Shown: in pieces, positions 1 through 11,233 of the stretch
Position numbering within the stretch: position 1 is the first letter of the stretch
Layout: each line of letters begins with the position of its first letter
Origin: Nitrospirota bacterium
GTDB lineage: Bacteria > Nitrospirota > Nitrospiria > Nitrospirales > Nitrospiraceae
DNA length: 64,000 bases
Reading direction: 5' to 3'
Assembly (NCBI GenBank): GCA_963701855.1
Contig: CAVPBK010000011.1
Span: forward strand, 128,001-192,000
The notes under the pieces: model-generated
Told to the model about the DNA's origin: nothing
Database searches by the model: none
Seen by the model: the letters and a program-made list of their open reading frames with translations, nothing else
Program-made: the position numbers and the translations under genes

Positions 1-823
1 AGTCCCGGTTTCCGTTGTAACGCGTAAACAATATGTCGCCTGGCTCAACGAGGAACGGCTCATAGTCTGCTGGAGTTCCGGATAAATAGCGAACATCGTT
101 TGCATCCAGTTTCATCGGACGAACCGCGCTAATCCGAAAAATACGTGTCCCATGCTCCGCATCGGGTTTCTTCGAGTAGCCGTTTCTGATGGAAGTCGTG
201 ATATCACCAAGGACGACTTGTTTCCAAGGCCCCGCGGGCGGCGCGAGCTTCCCTTCGAAGGCGGCTTTGAGGACGGAAGCTTTGTAGCGTTTGAGGTTGG
301 CCTTGACGCGTTTGAGGTTGGCAACGGCTTCGTCGAGGCGGGAGAACTGCTTTTCGATCTCCGCGACGATGCGATCCTGTTGCCCTTTTGGTGCATGTGG
401 CAAATGTAACTTCCTTAAGAACTGAAAATGGCGACTGTAGCCACGACTTGGAATCTGCAGCGAGCGAAGGAGATAGTAGAAGAACTTGGGAACATACCCC
501 TCACGAGGCCGTAGGATCTTCACGCCTTCGGCACCCACGGCAAATCGCCTATCAACGTATTTGAACGAACGTGTGTGGTCTCCAAATAGGATGACAGGCA
601 ACTCATCATCAAAAGTCATATCCTCATCGTCGGTATAACCTCCGATCGTGTCTTGCCCTTGATCGATGACGGGAATCTTCCCTGCGAGCAAATATGCTCC
701 CTGTTTAACCCGCCTACCTTTATCGGAAATTACATCGGCAGCCTGCTCAAATGGCAGCACATCCCAGCCCAGAGGCACGATGGGCATTTCTGGCTGAAAG
801 ATATCTTCCAACGTCTTTTTCAC
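1..823 (-). CDS. hsdS: Type I restriction-modification specificity subunit (runs off left edge of window)
   Basis: Absent from the ORF track. Manual translation from GTG at 823 gives VKKTLEDIFQPEMPIVPLGWDVLPF...FGDHTRSFKYVD...HAPKGQQDRIVAEIEKQFSRLDEAVANLKRVKANLKRYKASVLKAAFEGKL...GDILFTRYNGN, i.e. TRD, conserved helical spacer, second TRD; lies downstream of hsdR. Confidence 0.92.
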   Translation of the reverse strand, partial: MKKTLEDIFQPEMPIVPLGWDVLPFEQAADVISDKGRRVKQGAYLLAGKIPVIDQGQDTIGGYTDDEDMTFDDELPVILFGDHTRSFKYVDRRFAVGAEGVKILRPREGYVPKFFYYLLRSLQIPSRGYSRHFQFLRKLHLPHAPKGQQDRIVAEIEKQFSRLDEAVANLKRVKANLKRYKASVLKAAFEGKLAPPAGPWKQVVLGDITTSIRNGYSKKPDAEHGTRIFRISAVRPMKLDANDVRYLSGTPADYEPFLVEPGDILFTRYNGNRD

Positions 824-938
824 GCTGCCAAAGTCCCGTTCAGTTCTTCAATAAGTTTGTTCAGCTCGCTACCAAAACCTGATGCACCTTCCCTAGCCCA
901 CCTTCCTGAGCAAAGGGCGCGTACTCGAAGTCGTCCTT
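820..938 (-). pseudogene. Orphan second copy of the hsdR 3' end
   Basis: 881-935 matches 1621-1675 at 47/55 nt and encodes the same peptide DDFEYAPFAQEGGLGKVH; with one base restored it continues QVFGSELNKLIEELNGTLAA*, its TGA overlapping the hsdS GTG. Confidence 0.85.
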
Positions 939-1023
939 CGCAATGCTACGATTTGCCTGCTTACACGCGGTGCGCAGGCGAGCTGCGAATCGGTCGTCCC
1001 CACTTCGGACAAGTCCCGCACGC

Positions 1024-1328
1024 TTATCTAAGTCGCGACTGCCAGTACCCCGGCCGTCGTTTCAGATGCATGACGGCGACGACGAGCAGACTGTTGGAGT
1101 GTTGGCTATAGATAACCGCGAACGGGAAGCGATGCACAAGGAAGCGCTTTGTTCCTCGCTTATATTCCGGCCAGGCATTCGGGGTTTCTCGTATTCGGGA
1201 GACGGCAACAGTGATTTCGTGGAAGAACGACCCCCGAGACCTGGTCGCTGTGCGTCGTACCATGCCTTGGCCAGCTCTAGCTCGGCAAGGGCGGCGGGAT
1301 GGAATTCGAGAGGCAGTTCACCGGCCAT
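1024..1328 (-). CDS. RelE/ParE-family type II toxin, split by a 1-nt deletion near 1230
   Basis: N-half MAGELPLEFHPAALAELELAKAWYDAQRPGLG plus C-half FFHEITVAVSRIRETPNAWP...RFPFAVIY...VVAVMHLKRRPGYW in another frame; overlaps the antitoxin stop. Confidence 0.85.
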
Positions 1329-1545
1329 GTCGCAGGCGCTTTTGCACCTCCTCCCAGGGGATAGTCTTTACCTCGCCACGCTCGATTTGCCCAAGCCGCC
1401 GCTGCACTTCTTCTTGCCAGGCCTGTTCCACATCGGTATCCGGAACCTCATCTAAGCTGGCAATCAACTGCTCCGCCACTTCTGCACGCTCATAGGCAGT
1501 TAGCTTCAGAGCCTCTTCCAACAAGACTTGTGACTTTTGCGTCAT
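1318..1545 (-). CDS. Addiction-module antitoxin component
   Basis: MTQKSQVLLEEALKLTAYERAEVAEQLIASLDE...AWQEEVQRR...KTIPWEEV pattern; GGAGGAGG RBS upstream; directly upstream of the ParE-like toxin. Confidence 0.85.
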   Translation of the reverse strand: MTQKSQVLLEEALKLTAYERAEVAEQLIASLDEVPDTDVEQAWQEEVQRRLGQIERGEVKTIPWEEVQKRLRHGR

Positions 1546-1558
1546 AACGAACCTCCTC

Positions 1559-4488
1559 CTAGGCCACGAGAGCCACATTCATGGCCTCTATTATGGTCTG
1601 AAGACCCTCTGGAAACAACTGATGTACCTTTCCCAACCCACCCTCTTGCGCAAAGGGCGCATACTCGAAGTCGTCTTTGTCAACCGCAAGATTCGCCCCG
1701 ATGTGATCGCGGATCATCTCCAGCCAATGGCGTTGCTCATCGGTAAACTTCCTCTTTCTGCTCTCTTGCTCCCCTAGCCAAGCCTTAAAGTTGGCGTTGA
1801 CCTTCTCAGGAAATGGCACCAATTCATTCTCTTGGTGAGTGGCGAAGCGGACAAGGGAGACGAGGTCCGTGAGAATGCGCTTGCCGCTTGCACCTTTGAC
1901 CTTGGACTTCTCCAGGGCCGCATAGGCCTGCCAGAGTTGGGATTCGTTCCAAAGATAGGGCGGCTTTTCGATGGCATTGGCGAGGTCCTTGATGTCCTCG
2001 AACTTCAGCCGTTGTTTGTACGGCTTACTGTAGAGGATTTGCAGAGCGGTGATCTCGTCTTTGTGTTGTGTGATGAACAGTTCGAACGACTGTACGATGG
2101 TGCGGGCACGAGCCAACGCGTCGGCGCTGAAGCCTGCTTCGATGACTTGATCCTGGCTGACATGGTCGATGGTCAGCTCATTTTTCTTCTTGATGTCGAT
2201 GAGCAGTTCGCGGAGCTTCGGGTCTTGAAATGGCTTGGCGGCTTCCTGGATGAGCGCGCTGCCGCCTTTGCCATTTGTTGCTCGGTCGGCTTATCCGTCC
2301 CGAACTGCTTTCTTGCCAATTCTTCATGCCGGTCTGGATTGACCGCTTCCACCAATTGACGACTGAGGTCTTTGAGCGTGAGGCCCCCACTGGCTTTGCT
2401 GATGGCCTGTTCATCTTCCTTCGTGATCCGGTGCTCCATGCGGGCCAGCCGTCCGGCGATGCTGGTGAGTACGTCTTCTTCGGTATTCCCCAGTGCGACA
2501 GCTTGTAGCAGCTTCTCAAAGGCGACGCTGGGCTTCTTCTCCATCGGTCGCGCGTCGGTCTTATCTTGCTCGCAGACGCCGACGGTATCGACGATGACGA
2601 AGTGGTCCTTGGTCGTGGCATCGGGCGTGACGGCCTTCAGATCGTCCGGCTTGATGACGCGGACACCCCGGCCCTTCATCTGCTCGAAGAAGGTGCGGGA
2701 TTTCACCGCGCGCATGAAGACGACGATCTCGACCGGCTTGATGTCGGTGCCGGTGGCGATCATGTCCACGGTGACGGCGATGCGGGGATGGTAGCTGTTG
2801 CGAAAGGTCTTGATGAGGTCCTTGGGATTCACGCCGGTGGTGCGATAGGTGATCTTCTGGGCGAATTCGTTGCCCTTGCCGAACTCCTCGCGGAGGATTT
2901 CGACGATGTTCTCCGCATGGGCGTCGTCCTTGGCGAAGATGAGGGTCTTGGGCACCTCGGTGCGGCCGGGAAAGATCTCGGTGAAGAGCTTCTCCTTGAA
3001 AGCTTTGACGATGGTGCGGATCTGGTCCGGGGCGACCACGTCGCGGTCGAGCTGGTCGGGATCATAGGCGAAGTCATCGTCAAGCCTCTCCCAACGTTTT
3101 GCGCGCGTTTCACGATTCATCACCTGCACGCTGTATCCAGCATCGACCGTCGAGCCCGCCTGAGTTATTGCGGTACGGATGCGGTACACGTCGTAGTTGA
3201 CGTTGACGCCGTCGGCGACGGCCTGCTCGTGTGAGTATTCCATGACCAGGTTCTGATTGAAGAAGCCGAAGGTCTGCTTGTTGGGCGTGGCGGTCAGGCC
3301 GATGAGGTGGGCATCGAAGTATTCCAGCACCTGTGCCCAAAGGTTGTAGATGGACCGATGGCATTCGTCGGTGACGATGACGTCGAAGGTTTCAATCGGA
3401 ATAACCGGGTTGTACTCAATCGGCTCGATTGGGCTTCTCAGAAGGCCGTGATTCTGCGTTGCTCGGGTCGCTCCGCTGCTCATTGACGCGCCTGTCAACT
3501 CCGCTGCTCGCTCGCCTCGCGCCTTGTCTGACGACCTTCTGCTTTGCCCAATCCCTTGGGTGAGCCGTTCAAGCCCCGCGATGGAAATTTCTTCGTCCTC
3601 GTCCGATAGCTCGCGCCCCTTCAGCATGGAATACATGCGCTGAATGGTGCTGATGCAGACTCGCGCGGTGGTATCGAGGGTATTGCCCGCCAACCGCTGG
3701 ACGATGAACTCTTCGGTGAACTTGAAGTTGTTGTAGGGCGAGACATACTGCTGGAATTCCTTGAGCGTCTGGTCGCCGAGGTTGCCACGATCGACGAGGA
3801 AGAGCACGCGGCGCGCGCCGCCGAACTTGATGAGGCGGTAGATGAAGTTGATGGCGGTGAAGGTCTTGCCGCTGCCGGTGGCCATTTGGATGAGGGCGCG
3901 TGGACGATCCTGAGCCAGCGACTTTTCGAGATTGTTAATGGCGGTGACTTGCGCGGGCCAGAGACCGGTGGTGCTTAGAGGTGGCAGCGTCTTCAAGCGA
4001 GCGCGGAGGGTCGTCGCCGTTTCTGCGGCCAGAGACGCGCCGTGCAGATCCTTCGGGGCTTCGCTGCGCTGTGGGATTAAAGCGGCCAGTGTCTCGGGTC
4101 GATGGAAGCTGAACACGGGGCGGCTGCGCGGTTGGGGATCGAGGCCGTTCGTGAATCGCGTTTCCACGCCGGTGCTCTGATACAGAAACGGCAACGGTCG
4201 GATAGAGGCAGGTAAGTCCGTGGGGAGGCCCTTGCTGTACTTCTCGGCCTGGACTTCCACGCCGATGAGAGTCACGCCTTCTTTCTTGGCTTCGATGATG
4301 CCTGCGGCCTTGCCGTCCACATAGAGGAGATAGTCCGCAAAGCCGTGCCCGCTCACGAGCGGAAAGTTTCTGAGAACCACGCCTCTTCCGGCATGAAGAT
4401 TTGCGCTCTTGTAGTCCTGAACTCGCCAGCCAGCCTGTTCCAGCGCTTGGTCGATGTGCTCACGCGCTTGATCTTCAGGAGTCGGCAT
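1559..4488 (-). CDS. hsdR: Type I restriction endonuclease subunit R (EcoEI-R-like C-terminus), split by a 1-nt deletion near 2255
   Basis: ADYLLYVDGKAAGIIEAKK nuclease motif, MATGSGKT, DECH, LTATP, QMKGRGVR helicase motifs; ORFs 2173..4524 and 1559..2116 join via AAALIQEAAKPFQDPKLRELL if one base is restored. Confidence 0.93.
3428..3552. mobile_element. 121-bp palindromic MITE-like element with AT flanks, inserted in frame in hsdR
   Basis: Imperfect terminal inverted repeats ATTGGGCttctCAGAAGGcCGT / ACGaCCTTCTGctttGCCCAAT; removing 123 bp restores LTQGIEPIEYNP. Confidence 0.75.
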
Positions 4489-4493
4489 GGGCC

Positions 4494-4532
4494 GAAGAAT
4501 ACCTCTTTCCCCTAGAGAAATCACTCCGCCTT
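4494..4532 (-). repeat. 39-bp direct repeat, copy 1 (promoter-like, directly upstream of hsdR)
   Basis: 33/39 identical to 7190-7228; minus strand carries TATTCT 7 nt before the hsdR ATG. Confidence 0.7.
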
Positions 4533-4555
4533 CCGAGAGAGGGGGAGCAACGGTA

Positions 4556-4620
4556 AAGACGGTTTGTCTGGTTTATCACCCAAGGAAACCAGATAGACCA
4601 AAAAAACCAGATGAACCAGA
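4556..4620. repeat. Inverted 9-mer simple-repeat tract (TGGTTTGTC ... ACCAGATAG)
   Basis: ggtttgtctggttt ... accagatagaccaaaaaaaccagatgaaccaga. Confidence 0.7.
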
Positions 4621-4680
4621 GCAGGCTCGTTCACGGTACAATCGTGGCTCTGGCAGCACTCTCACAGTGGAGACGACACG

Positions 4681-5674
<994 letters not shown>

Positions 5675-5694
5675 GCATACGGGCAGGGAGAGGA

Positions 5695-5800
5695 GGTTTG
5701 TCTGATCTATTTGGTTTGTTTGGTTGATCTGGTCTGTCTTGTTGGCCGGAATGGAAAACCAACCAGAGGAACCAAAGAGACCAGACGACCAGAAAGACCA
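5695..5800. repeat. Inverted 9-mer simple-repeat tract
   Basis: ggtttgtctgatctatttggtttgtttggttgatctggtc ... accagaggaaccaaagagaccagacgaccagaaagacca. Confidence 0.75.
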
Positions 5801-5809
5801 TCCCTCTTC

Positions 5810-7168
5810 TCAGGATGGCTGGGGCTCTGTGGGATTGGTGACTTCGGATTGGGACTGAAGCGCGATTAGTTCAGTCTCGGGTGTGATACGCCCTACATCG
5901 AGGAGGATGGCGACGAGCATGTCGCTCAGGACGTTGACGCCTGAGCGGGCTCGGGCAATGATCCAATCCACCGTCATGATGAGTGGAATGGCTGCGCCGA
6001 TGACGTGAGATGGCAAGCCGGCGGCTGAGAGGACGAGCGGCAAGACGATCATCCCTGCTTCCGGAATGCCGGCCACGCCGGCTCCCGCGATCATCGACGC
6101 GGCGACGATCAGTATCTGGCTGTCCATCGGCAGGTCAAAGCCCAGCGCTTGGGCGAGAAAGAGCGCGGCCATCGCTTCATAGAGAGTGATGCCGTCGTTG
6201 TTGAGGTTCGTGCCGACACAGGCGGCGAGGCGCGCCGATTGAGGCGAGACCTGCATGCGATCGAGGCACCGGAGGGTGACTGGCACGGCGGCGAGACTGC
6301 TGTTGCATGACACGGCGGTCATGATCGCGTCGGCCCCCTGTCCTATGTAGACCTTCGGCGACTTCTTCCCGATCAGCCAGGCGACGAGCGGGTAGTAACC
6401 AAGCGAGTGGATGGCGAGTCCGACGAGCATGGTGACAAGGAAGATCCAGAGGACGGCGAAGACTCCGATGCCTGCCTTGCCGACGACCTGCGCGACGACG
6501 CCGAAGACGGCGAGCGGTACCGCGAGGATGATCCATCCGAGGATCTGCACAAGCCACGAATACACGCGCTCAATAATCCGTACGAGGGTCTGCACGACTC
6601 CACGACCCTGGTCGGTATGACCGTGCAAGCGGCGAAGAATGGCGCCGATGCAGAGGGCAAGGAGCACGACTCCGATGATGTTGCCGGTAGAAAACGGAGC
6701 CATGATGGTACGAGGAATATAGGAGGCGAGGTATTCGATCGGACTCTGGGTTCCGGTCTGCACTGTTGCCGAGGCGCTCGCCGATGGCTTGGCGGTTGGC
6801 ACGACGTTCAGCAAGTCCTCGACGTGGCCATTCCAGGCTAGGCCCGGCTGCCAGGTGTTCATGATCACGAGGCCGATCGTCATGGCCACGGTAACGTTGA
6901 CGAGGCAAATGAGGAGCAGCTTGGCCCCCTGACGCAGCGGGAGGCTGGTGCGGACAAGCGCATCGAGGATCGCAAAGAAGATGAGCGGGATGGCGAGGGT
7001 CTTGAGCAGCGTGACGAGCAGCAGACCGAGCCAGCCTAGATGCTCATTCTTGAGGCCGCCCAGATACGGCTCTTGACCAAAGACCACGCCAAGCAACGTG
7101 CCACAGGCCACCGCGATGAGCACTTGTGTGTAGAGCGGCAGCGGGATTAATCGTGGTGAGGCCTGCAT
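5810..7168 (-). CDS. Dicarboxylate/amino acid:cation symporter (DAACS, GltP-like)
   Basis: Multi-TM; SCNSSLAAVP, GTNLNNDG, GVAGIP, VDWIIARARSGVNVLSD motifs. Confidence 0.92.
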   Translation of the reverse strand: MQASPRLIPLPLYTQVLIAVACGTLLGVVFGQEPYLGGLKNEHLGWLGLLLVTLLKTLAIPLIFFAILDALVRTSLPLRQGAKLLLICLVNVTVAMTIGLVIMNTWQPGLAWNGHVEDLLNVVPTAKPSASASATVQTGTQSPIEYLASYIPRTIMAPFSTGNIIGVVLLALCIGAILRRLHGHTDQGRGVVQTLVRIIERVYSWLVQILGWIILAVPLAVFGVVAQVVGKAGIGVFAVLWIFLVTMLVGLAIHSLGYYPLVAWLIGKKSPKVYIGQGADAIMTAVSCNSSLAAVPVTLRCLDRMQVSPQSARLAACVGTNLNNDGITLYEAMAALFLAQALGFDLPMDSQILIVAASMIAGAGVAGIPEAGMIVLPLVLSAAGLPSHVIGAAIPLIMTVDWIIARARSGVNVLSDMLVAILLDVGRITPETELIALQSQSEVTNPTEPQPS

Positions 7169-7189
7169 AGTGTTGTTGTGGGGGCTGCG

Positions 7190-7228
7190 GAAGAATACCC
7201 CTTTCTCCGGGAGAAAGCACGCCGCCTT
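7190..7228 (-). repeat. 39-bp direct repeat, copy 2 (upstream of DAACS gene)
   Basis: 33/39 identical to 4494-4532. Confidence 0.7.
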
Positions 7229-7308
7229 TCTGGGATGTGAAGGGTGAGACGTCAGGGGTCATGTTTGCGTACTTTCGTGATATAGTTTCTCCAACAGTGA
7301 GGTGTTTC

Positions 7309-7554
7309 ATGTACAGAACGTTCATCATCGTCGCGGCCTTATTGGTCCTAGGGCTCACACAGGCAGCAGCCTCATCGACCGCTGCCGACAATCCTAAGAC
7401 AGGGGATGGCAAAGGCATCACCGTAGACGATCTTGGACGAGGGCTGAAGAGCGCGGCCAACAATGTCGAGAAAGAGATTCCGAAAATCGGGTCTGCGATT
7501 GGAAATGCAGTCAAAAAAATCACGGAAAAGGGATCTGAAAAATCGACGAAGTAG
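7309..7554 (+). CDS. Small secreted hypothetical protein
   Basis: GAGG RBS, signal peptide MYRTFIIVAALLVLGLTQA, amphipathic Lys-rich body. Confidence 0.6.
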   Translation: MYRTFIIVAALLVLGLTQAAASSTAADNPKTGDGKGITVDDLGRGLKSAANNVEKEIPKIGSAIGNAVKKITEKGSEKSTK

Positions 7555-7739
7555 CGTATGTCAATCCCCTCTCACAGGATGCTCAGCACATTCCTAATCA
7601 GACGACGACCGTTATTGCGTGTGTCTCCTGTGCCTGGTTAAACTAAATCAACTAGATACACCAAAATCCCGATCAGCTAGATTAACTAGTCTTGCCTGTT
7701 CCGTCTGTCTCAATAGCTTTCTTTTTTTTACAAAAATTC

Positions 7740-7774
7740 GGCTCCACAGCTTCTGTGGGTAACTCTGTGGATGA
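7740..7774. promoter_or_regulatory. Cluster of DnaA-box-like 9-mers
   Basis: TGTGGGTAA (7754) and TGTGGATGA (7766) are each one mismatch from TGTGGATAA; weaker GGCTCCACA at 7740; next to an AT-rich tract. Confidence 0.4.
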
Positions 7775-8075
7775 GAGGGTTGTCTTGATGAAAATGACCT
7801 ATGCTGATAGACCTCGCAGCGGTTTGCCTAAGAAATAGGCATTGTGTCCTGCCCAATTTCGCCCCCATATTTTGTGGCTTGACGAATCGATTTTTCCCTT
7901 CTTTCACCATCGATGGTTCATTCGTGCTTCTGCACTGAGTGCTTACTTGAATCAGACATCTCGATGTGGGGTGCTGGAAATAATTCCACATGTCACAATC
8001 ACTCAGCGGCTGTCCAGCCATGAGAGGAGCACACGCGGCTTCGTACATGGGTATCTGACGCCGTCTGGGGCTGCG

Positions 8076-9416
8076 CTAACTGGCGAGGAAACGTTCGAGA
8101 AAGGTAGTCGAAACGTGGCCCTTTTGGAAGTCGGGGTCGTTGAGGATACGTTTGTGCAGTGGAATGGTCGTCTTGATACCTTCGATCACGAATTCGTCGA
8201 GGGCTCGGCGCATGCGGGCGATGGATTCCTGCCGGTCCCGACCATGGGTGATGATCTTGGCGATCATCGAATCGTAGAACGGAACGACCGTCATGTTCGA
8301 TTCCATCGCCGAGTCGACGCGCACACCGAATCCGCCTGGCGCGCTGTATCTGGTGATCGTGCCGGGACAGGGGGTAAATTTTTCCGGGTCTTCGGCGTTG
8401 ATGCGGCATTCCATGCTGTGTCCGCTGAGCTTGACGTCTTGCTGTTTGAACGAGAGGGATTGCCCGTCCGCGAGGCGAATCTGCTCCTTGATGAGATCGA
8501 TGCCGGTCACCATTTCGGTGATGGCGTGCTCCACCTGGATGCGGGTGTTCACTTCCATGAAAAAGAAGTTGCGGTCCTTGTCGAGCAGGAACTCGACGGT
8601 ACCGACATTTCGATAATGCACGGCTTTGACGGCTTCGACGGCAACGCGGCAGATTTCCCGACGGAGTTTTTCATCGACGGCGGGCGACGGCGTCTCTTCG
8701 AGCAGTTTCTGATGCCGGCGCTGGATCGAGCAGTCACGCTCGCCGAGATGCACGACATGCCCACGATGGTCGGCGATGATCTGCACTTCGATATGGCGGG
8801 GCTCGAGAAAATATCGTTCAAGATAGACGGCATCGTTGCCGAACGTGGTCTTCGCCTCCGCTTGCGCGGCTTGAAATGCGCGAGCGAGGTCTTCAGCTTT
8901 GTTGACGACGCGCATGCCGCGTCCTCCCCCACCGGCTGAAGCTTTGATGATGACGGGATAGCCGATCTTGCCTGCGGCATCGAAGGCTGCTTGTTCGCTC
9001 TTCAGCTCACCGGGACTGCCTGGCGTAACTGGTAAGCCACGGCGGGCGACGATTTCTCGCGCTTTGGCTTTGTCTCCCAGAAGAGCGATATGTTCGGATG
9101 TGGGGCCGATGAATTTGACGCCGATAGACTCGCAAACTTCGGCGAAGTGGGCGTTCTCGGAGAGGAATCCATAGCCGGGATGGATGGCGTCCGCTCCGGT
9201 AATCTCTGCTGCGCTCAAGACGTTGGGAATATTTCTGTAGCTGAGCGCCGCATCGGGAGGTCCGACGCAGATCTTCTCGTCGGCTGCGCGCACATGCAGG
9301 CTCGCGGCATCGGCCTCGGAACAGATCGCCACGGTCTTAATGCCGAGTTCCTTACAGGCTCGAATGACGCGGAGTGCGATCTCACCGCGATTCGCTATTA
9401 ATACTTTCTTGAACAC
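8076..9416 (-). CDS. accC: Acetyl-CoA carboxylase biotin carboxylase
   Basis: [53 protein letters not shown]. Confidence 0.97.
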   Translation of the reverse strand: MFKKVLIANRGEIALRVIRACKELGIKTVAICSEADAASLHVRAADEKICVGPPDAALSYRNIPNVLSAAEITGADAIHPGYGFLSENAHFAEVCESIGVKFIGPTSEHIALLGDKAKAREIVARRGLPVTPGSPGELKSEQAAFDAAGKIGYPVIIKASAGGGGRGMRVVNKAEDLARAFQAAQAEAKTTFGNDAVYLERYFLEPRHIEVQIIADHRGHVVHLGERDCSIQRRHQKLLEETPSPAVDEKLRREICRVAVEAVKAVHYRNVGTVEFLLDKDRNFFFMEVNTRIQVEHAITEMVTGIDLIKEQIRLADGQSLSFKQQDVKLSGHSMECRINAEDPEKFTPCPGTITRYSAPGGFGVRVDSAMESNMTVVPFYDSMIAKIITHGRDRQESIARMRRALDEFVIEGIKTTIPLHKRILNDPDFQKGHVSTTFLERFLAS

Positions 9417-9449
9417 GCAAATGCTCCGATGTGGGTCGCAGGAAGAGGA

Positions 9450-10022
9450 TTACGATGTAGCTGTCGGATCGACAAGGAAGAGCGCCTGTCCATATTCCAC
9501 CGGCTTGGTACTTTCGGCCAGAATTTTCATGACCCGACCATCCACCTCCGACTCGATTTCATTCATCAACTTCATCGCTTCGACAATACATAGAACCTGG
9601 CCCTTTTTCACATAATCGCCTTCGTCAACATAGGGGTCGGCGTCCGGCGAGGGGGACCGATAGAACGTCCCGACGATCGGGGACGCGATGGTGATCATGC
9701 CGGTCGTGTCTTCGGTCTTTGTGCCTGTTGTGGCAGACAGTTGCGCTGTGAACGCTGAGACGGCTGTCCCCTGCTCAGAGACCGCAGCCGTAATCGTTCT
9801 CGGCCCGGTTTCGTGCCGCACGCGGACTCTGAGGCCTTTCCACTCCATCTCCATTTCGGTCAGGTTGTTCTTCTTGAGCATGTCGATCAGTTCTTGAACC
9901 TGCTTGGCCTGTTGTCCCGACAGTACGGGTGCCCCCTGTCCGCTTTGGGTTGGGGTAACAGCCTGCGGGAGGATGATCGGTCTCCTACCCTTCTTCGACT
10001 TGCTGGAGGCCTGCTTGCTCAC
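9450..10022 (-). CDS. accB: Biotin carboxyl carrier protein
   Basis: [17 protein letters not shown] biotinylation motif. Confidence 0.96.
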   Translation of the reverse strand: MSKQASSKSKKGRRPIILPQAVTPTQSGQGAPVLSGQQAKQVQELIDMLKKNNLTEMEMEWKGLRVRVRHETGPRTITAAVSEQGTAVSAFTAQLSATTGTKTEDTTGMITIASPIVGTFYRSPSPDADPYVDEGDYVKKGQVLCIVEAMKLMNEIESEVDGRVMKILAESTKPVEYGQALFLVDPTATS

Positions 10023-10579
10023 CGAACACGCTCCACATATTCTCGTGTACGGGTATCGATCCTAATGACGGTCCCGGTTTCCAAATAGAGTGGAACCTTA
10101 ATGGTGGCACCGGTTTCAAGAGTCGCAAGCTTGGTGCCGCCCGTAGCGGTGTCGCCACGAAAACCCGGCTCGGTGTCGCTGACTTTTAGCTCGATGAAGT
10201 TGGGCAGCTCGACGTCGATTGGGCGATGCTCATACACGAGAATTTTCACCGTCATGTCTTCTTTCAAGAGATCCGCATTTCCACCGAGCTTGCCCTTTTC
10301 GAACGTCAATTGCTCAAAGCTCTCCGTGTCCATAAAGGTATAGGCATCGTCGGTTGCATAGAGGAATTGCATCGTCCGTTCTTCGAGATCAGGCTCCTCG
10401 AACCGTTCTCCTGATCGGAAGGTACGATCCAGGACATTACCTGACAGATAGCTCTTGAGCTTGGTGCGTACGAAGGCTCCACCCTTGCCGGGTTTTACAT
10501 GTTGAAACTCAACGATATAAAAGGGCTGGTTGTCCACCATGAGGCGCACGCCACCGCGAAAATCGGTTGTGGAAATCAC
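10019..10579 (-). CDS. efp: Elongation factor P
   Basis: [22 protein letters not shown]. Confidence 0.97.
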   Translation of the reverse strand: MISTTDFRGGVRLMVDNQPFYIVEFQHVKPGKGGAFVRTKLKSYLSGNVLDRTFRSGERFEEPDLEERTMQFLYATDDAYTFMDTESFEQLTFEKGKLGGNADLLKEDMTVKILVYEHRPIDVELPNFIELKVSDTEPGFRGDTATGGTKLATLETGATIKVPLYLETGTVIRIDTRTREYVERVR

Positions 10580-10626
10580 TCGATACTCCCTTCAAACTGT
10601 AAGCCGGTCGTTGGACCGTACTGCAA

Positions 10627-11127
10627 TTATCTCGTTCCTTTTACCGCCCGTCGCGATGTCGCTGAGGTGGAGGTTTTCTTCTGGCGTCTTGATACGGTTA
10701 GATGGTCGTGCAACCCACGGAGTGCCAGGAGATAGCCGGTCGGACCCAAGCCGGAAATTTGTCCGATGGCGACTCCTGCGATATAGGACCGATGGCGAAA
10801 TTCTTCCCGCTGATGAATATTGGACAGATGCACTTCAATGGTCGGCAGACCGACCGCTGCAATGGCATCCCGGATTGCGATACTGGTATGCGTGTAGGCA
10901 GCAGGGTTAATGATAATCCCATCGTATCCCGTCCCAGCCTCTTGAATCCAGTTGACGAGTTCACCCTCGCTATTCGATTGGCGCAGATCTACCTCCACGG
11001 CCAGCTCTTCCGCTAACTTCATGATGGCTGAATCTATGGCATCGAGGGTAAGGGTGCCGTATATGGACTGTTCCCTGGTCCCGAGAAGATTGAGATTGGG
11101 GCCGTGTAAGACTCGTATTCGTAGCAT
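10627..11127 (-). CDS. aroQ: Type II 3-dehydroquinate dehydratase
   Basis: [37 protein letters not shown]. Confidence 0.96.
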   Translation of the reverse strand: MLRIRVLHGPNLNLLGTREQSIYGTLTLDAIDSAIMKLAEELAVEVDLRQSNSEGELVNWIQEAGTGYDGIIINPAAYTHTSIAIRDAIAAVGLPTIEVHLSNIHQREEFRHRSYIAGVAIGQISGLGPTGYLLALRGLHDHLTVSRRQKKTSTSATSRRAVKGTR

Positions 11128-11190
11128 GTCTTTCAATCGCATACTGGATATGCGAGGACGATTCCACGCGACCGGGTCCAGCAGGGCGGC

Positions 11191-11219
11191 ATTGTAGCAG
11201 TCCGCCTCAGACCGGTCAA
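11191..11219 (-). promoter_or_regulatory. Sigma70-type promoter for aroQ-efp-accBC
   Basis: TTGACC-N17-TACAAT. Confidence 0.65.
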
Positions 11220-11233
11220 ACGTGTGAAAAATA

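Noticed and set aside
112..396. 94-aa ORF from the track
   Set aside because: Out-of-frame overlap with hsdS, which the track missed because it has no stop inside the window.
7842..8939. 365-aa plus-strand ORF
   Set aside because: Antisense shadow of accC; the same applies to 22836..23687 (oxidoreductase) and 2566..3234 (hsdR).
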